A stretch of DNA of 64,000 nt. It comes from Cycas panzhihuaensis. Lineage: Eukaryota; Plantae; Cycadophyta. This document shows, one piece after another, positions 22,999 through 36,629 of the stretch. Positions within the stretch are counted from its first letter, which is position 1. Every line of letters starts with the position of its first letter. Location of the stretch: positions 216,573,741 through 216,637,740 of the forward strand of contig CM041465.1 of NCBI GenBank assembly GCA_023213395.1, written 5' to 3'. Made by a program: the position numbers and the translations under genes. Under the pieces are notes generated by a model, which was given only the letters and a program-made list of their open reading frames with translations, was not told where the DNA came from and made no database searches.

Positions 22999-25578
22999 TG
23001 TTTCCCAGCTACTAGGAATGGACTCGAGATACATCGACGCAGGTTTGTTCAGGTATATTCTCTTACCCTTTTGCCCTGGTTTGATTGAGGTTATTTACAG
23101 TAGGATTGCTTGGTATATACCCGCCTGTGCGCATTGCTTGTCTGCTTGCTCATAATGCATGTGCCTAACGGCACACCTTCAACCTATGACGACTCACAAT
23201 GGGCATTCTTCAAATAATGTTACACCGTATGGCGCCTGACCACCCATGATGTCTCCAAAATTTCCGGATTGCTTCCGCCATTTACTTGCTCATGTTGCGA
23301 CATGTCGCTTATGCGTTGCCATCCTTTCTAAGTCTAACTCGATCCTTAGTTAGGACTTTTGGGTTGTTTTGGGTACTTGCCCATTGCCCGCCATTCCCCA
23401 GTGATTTAATTCATAATTAGTTTCGCTTTTGCTTCAAAACCCGATTCTGCTTGTTTTTCTTTTTAGTTTCGAGGTTAATACCGCCAGAAACTAAGCAGAT
23501 CTGAAGTTTGCGCAGATCACAGAATTTGCCGCGGTACAACTGTTTGAAATTTAAAAAAAAGAGAACCACGCGACAGTTTCCGCTTTTTTCGCGAAACTGC
23601 CGTGTGACTTCGTTCGATTGGAGGCGCCCTGACATCCCCAACGTTCACCTGCTGTGAACAGGGGATAAAGGGAATTTTCGTCCCCATTTCCAGGACTTTT
23701 TGCTCATTTTCCAAACTTTCAAGAGAATTTCCCAAGAGACTGCACACAGGAAAACATACAGAAAACACAAGTTCATGCACAGCAACTGAGGAGGGTGAAC
23801 CAGGCTGCCACCAGTGGATTTTGCAGGGCCACATCGCCTTACTACTCTCCACAACCACTGCTCCTCTTGCACCGCCAGAGATTCAAGGGACTTCTTCAAC
23901 CAAGAAGCTGCCCCAAAGACTTACTCCACAGCTCCAACTTCACAATGAGCCTCTTCCATCTACACTTCAGCAGGACATACTCATAATCAGCCTCCGTTTG
24001 ACCTCCATTGCTGCTGTCCCTAGTGGCAGGAGGCATGCTTGACTTCTCCACACAAGGTACCCCTTAGTTTTGCTTGTAATTTCTTGTATTTTACTTACTT
24101 TTTTCTTTCTTTTCACTTGTACTTCCTTCTCTTTTTTTTACTTGCAAACCTTTGGGAATACTTGTAATCTTTTTTCCATTTTTACTAGCAAGCATTCCAC
24201 CTCTCCTTTCTCCCTGCATTACCTCTTTTACCCCATAACAGAAAGTGACTATCATTGGCCATACCGCCTGTAGTGCTATCTTGACCCAAATCCACTTTCC
24301 CGGTGTTTTCTTTGGAGTCCCTCATTTTCTCCAAGCCTTCTTTTACTCCTTCCTCAGTCAGCCAGAGTAAGGGAGCATACACGAGGATTTGAGGGAGGTA
24401 GGTGGGGTTCCGTCCCCCATTGCCGTCCTTCTCCCTAAGGGTTCCGTCCCTTGTCCTCTTCCCCTTACCATACACGTTGTCTCAAGGAACGGGTCGAAGG
24501 AGTTTAGGGGATTGTGTCAGGGTATCTAAGCCGGTTTGAGATAATCCGCATCCACCTTGTTACCACCCGGTGTTTCTCTCCAGAGCCCTTTGGAGACCTC
24601 CCATGGGTGAGTTAGCCATCCCGAGGCTATACTCAGTTCCGCTTTGTGTGTGTGTGTAGCAATTGGTAGTGTAGGAGTATCTCGTGCGCTCTTATTTCGT
24701 TTTTGCTACATTCTAACACATAGCTTAGTTCATTTAGTTGAGTTGATTTCAGTTTGCAATATATATACATATATCTCTTTGTATATTTTGTAGCCTCTCT
24801 CCCGAGAGGAAGGTGCTTTTCGTGTTTTCTCGCAGGATCACGTTGGTGGAGGTGGTGCGTGGAGCGAACCCATTGCTGGTTAGCTCTCATACAGTATTTT
24901 CTCTCCCTTAGTTTTGAGGTTCCTTTTTGTCCTTTCATTTCATTTGGTTTCGCATGCTCACGGGGAGGTAAGTGAACCCCCTTACCACCGTCAACTGGTG
25001 TCGCGTGCGTGGAGAAAGGAGAAAGAGGGAGCGGAGCTTCGCGAGATCAACCATGCTTCTACCTCAAACACTGGATCCAGGTATTCCTCTCGTTTCTTTC
25101 GTGTTTCCTTTTATATTATTCTTGTCTTTTTGCATCTGCCTGTGTAGATAAGGATAAAAGAACATAAAGGGAAAGGAAAAAATAATTGTTTCTTTGCATT
25201 TACTTTTCTGCACCAGTTTCTTGTTTTACGTAGCATAGTGTAGACACCCCCTTTTTGTGTCAAACCTGAGCTATCCCTTTTGCCGTTTGCTTGTGCGTTG
25301 GGTCAGTTGTCCCCCCTTGCCTTTGTTGCCTTCTCATTGCCTTGAGAAGCCGCAACGCGTGAGGCGCCTCCTCTCCTTCTCGGCCATCCGAAGGGTAGGA
25401 AGGCCTCGCTTTTGCACGACTACCTGGAAGCAACCAGGCACCTTGCAGTCCCGAACTCAAGGCCTCCCAAGACACGGATGTCCTACGAGGTGAGATCCTC
25501 ACTGCCTAGCCTAGTTAGTGTAGTGTTTTTATATCCCTTTGCTAGATGTAGGATCACCGCCCCGCAGAGAGCGTTTCA
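22999..25578 (+). repeat. 3' LTR of the Tat element (2580 bp)
   Basis: Direct repeat of 9031-11583 followed by TSD GATGG. Confidence 0.96.
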
Positions 25579-26505
25579 GATGGACATTTCACTATTTCAC
25601 TAGTAACCATATCAAGTTTCTAACAACCCAATACTATTGAATTATATAGATTTTTGTGGAAAGAAAAACTCATTGGTTTGATAGGCCTAAGTAGCACATA
25701 CAACTTTGTTGACATAAATTTCACCTTAAGAATAGATCTTTTCATTAACAAGACGAAGACCTTTCGTATAATAATGCATGAAGAATGACATATTATATAT
25801 AACGATGAAATTCCATACTAGAAACTCCAAATCAAAACCCTTATATATTTAACTACCTCTTATGCCTTCTCCATTGGCACTATGGATGTTGTATTAGGTG
25901 TTGAATGGTTAAAGTAGTTAGGCACCTATGGATGAAACCAGAAGGAAAATTTCATGTGCTTCTAATGGAACAAGAAGCTTTACTAATTCTTAGGAATTAC
26001 TATATTGAAATCTAAGATCATTCCAACCATGAAGATGGATAAGCTTCTTAGAAAAAGATATGCTAGTTTCATTACCCATCTATACTCTATAGAGGCCCAA
26101 ATTAGATGAGGAACAACTATAAGAGGACTAATAATAGGATCTTCAAAATCTCCTTCAACGGCATCGTAAAGTCTTCCAATTAATTCCTAGTGTGGCTCCA
26201 CCAAATTATGGAATGAAACTTGTTAACCAACTATATTTGTCTCCCTAAATAATTGTTAGTGACTGAGATCCAAAGCACATTGAAATCTGTTTGCACTATT
26301 TTATAGGAAATAAATAGTCTTAATGGGTATACCAAGTAGAAAATTATTATAATACTTCTTATTATGCCATAATAAAATGTCTCTATTCCTTACCCTATAT
26401 AAGTATCCTCTACTAGCTACTCATAAAATTTTCTAGTCTCTATCAAAGCCTTAAAGTAGAACAACTTTAGTAGTAGACCAATAATATCTTGTTATCCCTC
26501 AAAGA

Positions 26506-27132
26506 TGTTGGGTAATATGACAACAATAGTTGGAGGCTAAAATTTTAACATATTGGCAGCACGCTTTCCCCCCAAACCTTCCTCGAGGGGTTCCAAGGGG
26601 GGCGGGAGGCCCCCTTAGTTAGGGGGGTGCCCTACAAAGAGGGGGTTCAAGGGCAATAGCCCCCAACCCAAAAATTTAGCACTAAAAGTATATTAAATTG
26701 TAAAGAGAATCATGGTCGTTCACTAAAAATATCCTAGATTCTACGATCAAGATGTGTGCCTTAGATGACCCTCTCATGTAGCTCAATTTAGGCCATTTTT
26801 CATTTATGTTGAGTGTGTTCAATGTACTATGAGAAGTTGGGCGACTGTTGTTGTTGCTGTGAGCACTCTGCTATAGAATTATGTACATTTTCTCCATTCT
26901 ATAATGATAAAGATCGATACCTTTCCTGTGTGGATGTTTCCCTAGCACACTGCTGGGGTTTTACCATATTATATTAGGTGTATTTTTGATGCTTGACTTT
27001 CTTGTTTATTTTATTATTTTATCTCTAGTTTAAGAACTTGCATGTAATTTTTAGTTTCGATTTTTGTAACTAGTTGTAAGAATAGTTAGATCTTGGTGGC
27101 AGTTTTAGGGTTGGGACCTTGTCTTCTTAACA
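26506..27132 (+). mobile_element. Solo LTR (627 bp)
   Basis: TGTTGG...TTAACA flanked by TSD AAAGA (26501-26505, 27133-27137); interrupts the integrase relic of the host element; G/C-run-rich block at 26570-26670. Confidence 0.85.
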
Positions 27133-29581
27133 AAAGATAATATTTAATGTATGCATAATTGAATGAAGTAACAAGTAGATCAACATTAATCCAAATACTA
27201 ATTTACTAAAGGTGATTAGGTTTTTGTTCAATTACAACCTTACAAGTAATCTTCACTTAAGCATTTGAGTGAACAAAAACTTATCCCAAGGTTTTATAGT
27301 CTATTTAAGGTTCTAAAATGCATTGGTTCTCTTACTTATTCCCTTACTATGTTTGATACCAATATCCACAATGTCTTCTATGTCTCTAGCCTCAAGTTGA
27401 AGGTTGTGTCACATGTCACTCTAGAAATAAAACTTATAGTTTTTAACAATGAAGGCCAATTAGTCCTCAATCTCTAAGGCACCTTGGATACTTATAGTAA
27501 ATAATTTTATACAAAGACTAATAAGGCATACTTGATCAAATAGAAAGGTTTGTTAAAGGATGATGCAACAAGGTAACATGAAGTCATTCTATTGTAGTTT
27601 TTTAACCTTCTTATACTTTGAGGGAAAAAGATAAGGATCTATTGTGAGTCTCATAATCCATACTAATAAGTTAAACTAATAGGATAATAATAATAATAAT
27701 TTGAATAAATACCCAAATAACACTAGGTTCTAAAGGGTGTGAAACATCAACAACTATGCTACATAACCACCTCAACCATGGGACCTAACTACTAGCACTC
27801 TGATATATGAACATGCTACCTAATTAGCAATGCTAGCTCATTGTTAGTAGGATATTCACCACTTGCATTTGTATATGAGGGATCACTTATCCTCGTTATG
27901 TGACAATCATGCAAGGGGCTCTTTTTGTATTTATAGGGCCTCATATTGTATTCAGAGGTACTATGATGCCATCTTTTAATGCCCTAATTTGTACTCAATT
28001 AATTGGTAATTAATAATAAATTTATCTATTGATTGCCTCATTTGAATCACTTGTGATCAATTTTGTGGTAACATTTGTGATAATATTTAGGGAAAGCCTA
28101 TCACATGTTGTGTAAACTCATGTATATACATATTTTCAAAATCACTAGAAAACATATTAAAGATTAATTAAAGCATTTCTCTATTGAGAAGACTTAAGTT
28201 TCCTTGATTTTCCTATTATTATTTTCTTGTACTCCTATTACCTTCTAGCATTCCTTTTCCCAAATAAATTTTATAACTAGTAGCAAATCATAGATAGAGG
28301 ATACATTGACTATCCCAAGCCATAACATAGTAGAGTAGATCCATGAGCAAATACATAAAAAATATCCCTGAAGGATAAAATTGTAGCACTATTTGCTTGA
28401 AATATAATCTATATCTATAGGCTATATATATTTGGGCATTTTGTTGGCAGTTTGATTAGTAGTGTATTTGTCATCAATTATTCCTTATTACACAACCTTG
28501 GTTTGGCCATCTATTAGGACGTTGGGTGGGTTTAAGGCACCTCCTAAATGTGTATTCCTTAACCAAGGGTTTTTAAGCAATATTTAAAGGTTATTATTGA
28601 TTTACAAAGAGTAAATCTACTCTACTAGTCATTAAAAACCCTCAAATTTGATTTGAAATTATCATGTGAGTCAAAAACCATTTATGCGAGTTGTGTAGAC
28701 CATGATAATGATATGGTGACAAATAGTTAACAAAATATATTTGTTGCATTATTTTAGCTTTTATTTTTTATGTGTATCTGATGTTAATGGGTTTTAGTTG
28801 GTGAATTTATCATTACATTGAGTAATCCCTTGAGATTTACTACCTGATCAATTCATAGAAGTCGCATTGCTACTATTCATGAAGGTTGAATTATGATTCA
28901 GTGGTAAATTTTATTTTTTATAATATTTTTCTTAATTAAATTATATTATAATCTTGTTTAAAATTCACCTATAATGTTATCACTTAGTGGTCACGTGAAA
29001 GGTACAAAGCAACCAAGTTACTTTTACAAAGAGGATAAACCTTAATTAAAATGCTATCACAAGTTTATACCTACTTATATATTTTTTGCCATAGCTTTTT
29101 CACACAAGTTTAGAATTTAATTCCATCTATTCTAATAAATACTTCACTTTGTGGGTTTTATTTTGACCTATTATATAACCCATTTTTGAGATTTTTTACA
29201 CTAGATAATAAGATTTGAAGTTGGGTCTTATAGTTGAATGATATTATATATTATACTTTTGGCGTTAACTTGAGGTTATTCAAGCATTAGCTAAAAATCC
29301 ATTACTCATAAGGCCATAATATTTCTTTTCTTGTCAAAAGTATTCCACAAAAAAAAAAAAAATTAGAAAATTATGGGGAAATGACCTAAAGAGACCCCAT
29401 GAAGGCTTATTTGTAATAAGGGGGTTAACAAACTATAAACACCCTCTTCTCCCATCTCTTCATTCCTCTTTCTTAACCCCTTTCCCTTCACTTATTTCAA
29501 AAACTTATATAATAGAATGTCATACTTTTAGAAAATATGTTGTCAACCCTTGAAAATATACATAGCATTTTGACTATGATC

Positions 29582-32500
29582 TAAAGATAGTGAGGGAATA
29601 GAGAAGAATGTAGAAATCTGGAGTGTTATTTTATTAAATCTTTTAAGTATAAATACATAACTGAGAGGTTCGCATGATGGATACTTATCATCTATAAATT
29701 ACCTATTCTTTATGCATTAGAATAATAAATAAAGAATCAAAGAATGAAGAGATAAGAAAGAATGAAGAATGACTATTTATCAATTCCTCCTTGCTAAGAA
29801 GAAACTATCCCCAATTTCTACTGAAGATGGGGAAAATTATGGAGGAGAGTTTTTTTTAGATCCACTTGGCTTATGTGGGTCAGGCTCATTTTCTACCAAT
29901 GAGGTATGTTATGGTGAGATGATGTCACGTGCAACACTATCTAGTATCCAACAAAGTATCTTCCTACAGTGGTGGTTGAAAGTTAGGAATAGTATATAAT
30001 GGATGTGTAGGAGGGGGTTCAACTTCTAACTGCAAGGGCTCATATAATTTTAATTGGTTGATGTTTACCACATTGTGAAAATATGTAAGTAAGTTGAATT
30101 GATAAGCATTGGGGTTGACTTATTGAAGAATGGTATAAGGTCTAAACCTTATAGTTTTGAGCTTACGATGGTGTTTGAACCTTCTTCTATCTAAGTGGAG
30201 CCAAACACTATCACTGACACTGAAACTAGTTGAGACTCAACGTTGATCATATTGAGTCTTGTAATTTTTTTTAGTGTGGTGTAGTATCTGTTTGACTAAT
30301 GTGTGTAGGTATGAAAGATGCTCAATGAAGCTAATGACATTTTGTTGTTCCTTGTCTTTATACTTAGTGGCTAGAGATGGTGATGTTAAATGAAGTTCGT
30401 ATGGGGCTAGAGGTTGGTAGTCATAATAAACTTTGAATGGAGAGTGTCATGTTGATCAATGAACTATTGGATTATAGTTGTGTTGAATATGGTGGAGTTG
30501 TATATCCCATTGGTTATTATAAAGCTTAGAAAATAAGGGCTTAAACCAATGTCTTGTTAACCATTTTAGTTTGGCCATTTATTTATGGATGAAAGGATGT
30601 AGAGTAACTTGAGCTAATATTAGAACATCTTCCATAAGGATTACTAAAAGTGACTTAAGAAATGACTATTCCTATCTAAAATGATAAAGAGTGGTAATCT
30701 AAAATCGATCCAAATATGTTGGACAAAAAGTGTGGAGGCCTGCATGGCAGATATCCCCTTTTTGCATGGTATGAATATGGCTATTTTGGAGAATTGAAAT
30801 ACCACAACAAAGATGCAGTCATTTCCATATTGTGTGGTGGGTAGTTTGTTAAGGAAGTCTATTGATATTAATTTCCATGGTCAACTTGGGGCTGGTAATG
30901 GCTAACAAAGATTGAGCTTCCTATTGGCTAGCTTAGATTAATTGCGTAGGGATATTTATTGAATGTATGCTTTGATAATTTTCTACATGGGTGGCCAGTA
31001 AAAGTATTATTGCAAATGTTGAAGTATCTTTTGAATCCCAAAATGACTGTTATAATAGGATGAGTGGGCTTCTTTAAGAAGTTATTGTCATGGGGTATTA
31101 ATAGGTACACAAAGCTTATTATGTTTGTATAATAAGCCATCCTTAATATGGTAATCTAAGTAAGGTTCTTGATTGGTAGTTGTTAGATGTACCAATGCCT
31201 ATATAATAGGATAAAAATAAGAATCAATATGGTATAAATGTCGCTAATCAATATAAGAGATAACGTGATTGTTTAATGTTATGATGAGTACTACTATTAG
31301 AGGCTAGTTGAGGAAATTTTCTACTTTATTAGATGCTCCTTTCTTATACTTAATAATGAGGTTAAATTATTATATAGAAGATGCCCACTTGATATGCATA
31401 TGCTCCTAAATTTTTAACTAGGTGTTAAAGAACTGTAATGGTTGATGATCAGTATGAATTATGGTTCCTTTGCCTAGTAGGAAATGTCACCAATATTTAA
31501 GAGTTTGGACAAGGGCATAGAATTCCTTGTCATATGTGTTATAACTAAGCTTGTATTATGAGAATTCTTCTAAGTAAAAGGCAATAGGGTGTCCTTCCTA
31601 CTTAAGTATTGCACCCAGAGTAAATTGAGAGGCATCCATCTTGAGTTTAAAGGGTTACTCCTCATTGCATAGTTGAAGGACTAGGGTCATGCAAAGGGCA
31701 ACCTTTAATTTCTAGAATGTTGATTTGCCCTAAGGACTTCATATAAATTCCTTTGTGCTACTAGTAAGAGCATTCAATGGGTGTGTAATGCTTGAAAAAT
31801 GCCTGATGAATTTTTGGTAGAAGTTGACACTATCTAGGAAGCTTTTGAGCTAGGTAAGGTTGTTGGGAGTTGGCCAATCCTTTAAAACTTGGACCTCTGC
31901 TAGTTTGACTTGAATTCCATGGTAATTTATGATAAAGTTGAGATAAGAGATATTAGTTTAGCTAAAAGAGCACTTCTTAAACTTGGCCTTTAATTGGTGT
32001 TTTCATAACAGTGACAAAACTATGTCAAGATTTTTTTATGCTCCTATAAGGTCTTATTGTAGACCAATATGTCATTGAGATAAATAATAATAAATTTGCT
32101 AAGATATAGGTGAAAGATGTCAGTGATAAGTCTCATGAAAGTGGTGAGAGAATTGGTAAGTCTAAAGGGCATCACAAGCCATTCATATAATCCATGTTAT
32201 GTTTTGAATGCTATCTTCCAAGTATCCTTGGAGTCCATTCAGACTTGATGGTAGTAGGAGGCCAAATCAATTTTGGAGAAGTGTTTTGCTCCTTAAAGCT
32301 GATTGAGCAAGTTATCTATGCATGGTAGAGGGTACCTATTCTTCAATGTTAGTTTATTGAGAGCTCTATACTCGATACACTAAGTCATTAGTCATTACCT
32401 TTTTTAGGCACTAGAATTACTGGGGATCTACAAGAGGAGCAATTGGCCTAGATTTTTCCTTCATTTATTAATTATGCTAATTATCTTTTGAGCTCATCTT

Positions 32501-35105
32501 TAGTAATGGGCATGGCTTGATATGGGGATTAGTTAGGTAATGATACACTGGGCAAGAGATCAATGGTATCTTAAATTGCTCTTGGAGGAGGTAACCCCTT
32601 TGGTATATTAAATATATCAGTATATACGTCTAAGATAGTATTTATTGTTACTAGTGGAATTTTATTACAATTGCTTATTTCTACTTGGCAAATGATATAA
32701 AGGGCCATGGATTTGGACATGTTGACTAACTTGGACATTTGATTGCCTAAAAGTAATGTCATGATGGTTTTCAATGGTATTGTTGCAGTGAGTTTGTATG
32801 CCTTGCCATCTTTGTGGATTGTATAGGTATTAAGATACCCATCATAGAGTACCTGTAATCATGCTGATAAGGTCAACTAAGGAGTAAATCATTGCAATCC
32901 ATTGGAGTTATCTTGTGGTTGATAGTATTTATAAGTGGCAATATGGCAAAGGTAACTGTGTAGATGCAGTTGATGAATGTAAGTTGTCCACTGCCAATGA
33001 CCCATCTGAGGGCATATGCCTACGGATGTGGCTTGGTGGGAAGTTGTAGAGTGTCTACCATCACTTTAAAAATTAAAATTTTCATGTTGTCATTATTTAT
33101 GATGTATAGTATTATTTTGTCTTTAATATGCCAATTATAGGTGAATATCTTTTCATGTTCTTGTGTCAAGTATTTTTTATCCATGAATACTAAGTTTAGG
33201 CTGGGTTTTTCTAGATTGGTGAGAGGGATGATCTCTGATTATGTTTGTTTACTTTGTGGTTCGATCATAAGCATCATTTTTTGTTGGGCCCTATATTATG
33301 CATATGTATATTTAGTGATCTTATGGAAAGAGCAATATTTCCTACTTATTGGTTGTAGTATATGTGGTGTTGTTTATGTTCTAAAAGAAGAAGAGGTTGT
33401 GGTGGCAAGACTTATAAATGGCTTGGGTCATTTTTACATTTTGGCTTCTATTTTGAGAGTAAATTGAAAAGTTGCTTTTAACGTTAGTACTTGAAGTAAT
33501 TCCATCTCTTATTATAGGTATGAATATAATCCTATAATAAATTTAAGTTTTAGGAGATGATTGGGGTCATTAACCTCTAGTCTAATGTAGAGCTTCAAGA
33601 ATTCATCGATGTATTATTATATTGATTGCCCTAATAATTGTCTATTGTGTAACCATCATTTTGTGAGGTTATCTAAGTACCTGAGGGATAAAAATGCCCT
33701 TTAATGGTCGATTTAAATGCTTCCCAAGTAAGAATCAGTTATTGCTTATTATATCCTTGCCACCAATTCAAAGCTTACTTGGACATATATACCTTGACTA
33801 TCATAAGTCTTTGTTGATCCGTTACTTATTGAGTTTTGAAGTAAGCCTCTAAACTCTAAAGCCAATCATCTAATTTATCCATATTTAGTGTTCTATTAAA
33901 AAGTGGAATAGATAATTTAGCATCTAGTTTAAATCATGGTTGTGATAGAAGAATTACCATAGGAGCTTGGTGGTACAATTATTCTTAGAATATATTCATC
34001 ATGCTGTTAACTAGGTTGTGTTGAAACATTTATGAATCTTACATTTGTTCCCATAGCTATTGTGCAAGCAGCTCAGAGAGGTCTAAGTGAGATTGTTCTT
34101 CTTGTTCATGAGACATCATTGGTAGGGTACACCTATCTAAGAAGGGATTATGGCAATATACCCACTAAATGATATTTAAAAGAGAGAAGATATATTTCTG
34201 TTAACTATTTACCTAGGGATGGACTGTATTGGTGAGTGATGGGCACTTAGGAACCACAAGGCCTGATATGAAAACAAAATAAAATAAGTCTTAAACCCCC
34301 CCCCCCCCCCCACCACCACCACCTTTTTTTTCTTTTCAATTCAATTAAAGTAATAAAACATTAGAAAGCTGAAATATTTTTCAACAATCATATGTGCCCA
34401 TGTGATTTAATATGGCTTCATGAGTAGATTTTAAGTGAACCAAACATTAGATTCCTTATAAAATTTATAAGTTACTCCATTAGGCCATGGTGATCAAAAT
34501 GAACACCCATATGTTAGGGTTTCGTGTGTTTGGGAGTGAGTGGTTGTAGTTCACATCATTTGGAAGTCATGCATTGACTAAGTAGATTCTAGCTCAAGTT
34601 CAACTGACTATAGATTGTATGGCAAGGCATTACAACTTGGTAATGGCATAGCCATATTTGAATACTAGTAATAGGATATCATTGGTATTTTCCATGCTTG
34701 ATGATGAATAAGGGCCATGATGGATGCAATAGTTAATACAAATATGGATCTTCATCATTGGCTATCGAAAGCCTACTTAGGAAAGTGTTGAGATGGATCC
34801 ACCAAACCTACCCAGAGGCATTGGGAGTAATGATAGAACTGAAGAAAGCATATACACTACCCCAAAAAAAATCTATCATAGTCAAAGCCCATGGATAGTA
34901 GGGCCTACATACAAAGAGAGAAGTGCCTAAATATAAATCATTATTAGTGATAGGAGAAATGGAGAAGGTGAACCTATAAGCTCTAATGCTAATTTAGTAT
35001 GAAGACACTAAGGGAAGAGAGAACAATGTAGAAATATGGAGTGTTATTCTATTAAATCTTTTAAGTATAAATACATAAGTGAGAGGTTCACATGATGGAC
35101 ACTTA
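29582..35105 (-). mobile_element. Degenerate chromovirus-like Ty3/gypsy element
   Basis: ~100-bp direct repeats at about 29590-29690 and 35010-35105; PBS-like TAGCATTAGAG at 34981-34991 on minus; RT CIEYRALNKLTLKNRYPLPCIDNLL...FSKIDL at about 32250-32380; GPY-like motif at about 30130 and chromodomain-like YLIGRK...AKWI at about 29860-29910. Confidence 0.8.
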
Positions 35106-36629
35106 AAATAAATGAAAATCTTAATCAAGGTGGGGCCATGTTTAGAATAGAGATAAAAATGACAAAAAAAGTGACAACATATTAGCATTAAATTAAAAAC
35201 ATGACTAATAGTGTGTAGAAGTAATTCAAGGTTATAGGACCAAAAAATATCACAATGAATGCACTAAGAACATCAAAAGTTTAACCCAAATTAAGCTTTT
35301 TCATTATGTGTCAAGTATTAGTGTTAGGTCCCCCATCCTTGTCTTAAGGCTCTTCAATAATAGTTGGAACAAGAATAAAGGTTGGTAGAGGAAGATTTTT
35401 AGTAGTAATAGTGGTGGCTACTTGTATACCATCACATGTATGAGCCTAGTGTTAGTGAATTAAAAGAAAAGCTAAGCATGTCATACATGAACTAGAGCAT
35501 TGTTAAATAAGGGGTTCCATGACCATTAGTAGATCTCTAATCTCTACTTATGGATGAAGAAGTAATTGTGTATGGAATAAAAATAAAATCAATTATCTTA
35601 ATAAAGGAGGTAATGCTATTATATATATTGCACAACATATTCATAGCCAAAGTATTAACATCCAATGCAACCTTCATTAACATCATGAGAGAGGACATTA
35701 GCTCACAAAAAAGATTCCATGATGTTTAAGGGAAAAAATGAGTCTATTATAGCCAAGGAGGGTTGTTTTTCTAACTATCATCAATAATGGCAATGATTTC
35801 CACACATAAATGCTCAAAATATGGATTGGCCTAATAATTTAACCTACCTATTGTTGATTGATTTCCTAAAGGAATAGTATATCATTTATCATTAGATCCC
35901 TTAACTATTAAGTGACTATTGTGATAAAAAGTATTATGACCTTGCCCTCTTATAAATCCTCGACTTCAACCACTCCATGCACTAATAGAAGGGGAAAATA
36001 AGTATTATGTCAAATTATGCTCTTCATTAATAATGTTTACAACCAATAAAGAGTTATGAATTAACCGCTTCAACATGTTATCTTCTAATGCATAAGATTT
36101 TAGAGAAACTCTCGTTTGTAAAGTAAGATAATAGATAGGGTTAGTTATATAATCTTGAAGTTGAGGAGTAGATAAAGCTTCAAAATATGTTATTTTTTAT
36201 AATTTCTAAATGTATTGCAAAATTGTTATTTTAATCATATACAATCTTAATCAAGTATTTATATAGACCTAAATTATTAGCTAACCATATTGTTGGTTAT
36301 CAAGTGTATGGTGAGTTACAATTATAATGAGTTAGGTGAACAACTAGACCTTAAAGTGATGAGTTAATCATCTTTACTAAACTATTATAAAGTAGTTTTC
36401 ATAACTACAAGTGATGGTGACTATTATTTGAAATATAAATAGTAGTAATAGAATATGTATAAGGATTCCAAGAGTTATCTTATGTGGCCATAACTATAAT
36501 AGTGATTCCTTCATCTTTATACTACTTTTTGTAAGTAATGATTATTTATAATACAACTGATACAAGTATTTGCATTAGAAATTAGTATACATGCCTAATA
36601 AAAAAGGATTTCTAGTGGAAATATTATAT

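Larger units (their letters stand above)
9031..25578 (+). mobile_element. Full-length Ty3/gypsy Tat-clade LTR retrotransposon (disrupted ORFs)
   Basis: LTRs 9031-11583 and 22999-25578 (TG...CA); TSD GATGG at 9026-9030 and 25579-25583; domain order gag-PR-RT-RH-INT plus extra 3' ORFs; tRNA-Arg-type PBS; PPT. Confidence 0.96.
2720..28290 (+). mobile_element. Old decayed chromovirus-like Ty3/gypsy element hosting nested insertions (LTR-like ends about 2720-3031 and 27640-28290)
   Basis: End segments are homologous (AATAATAATTTGAATAAAT, TAGAAAACATAT-AAAGATTAAT, ACCTTCTAGCATTC). Gag zinc knuckle CF*CEENWFL|GHKKC is split by the 4689 insertion; protease-like STYNFV at about 25690; integrase pieces IVSD*DPK and LKD|NI..MK*QVD; chromodomain-like YLIK*KGL.KDDAT at about 27530. 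RT/RNase H not found; no convincing TSD. Confidence 0.65.
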
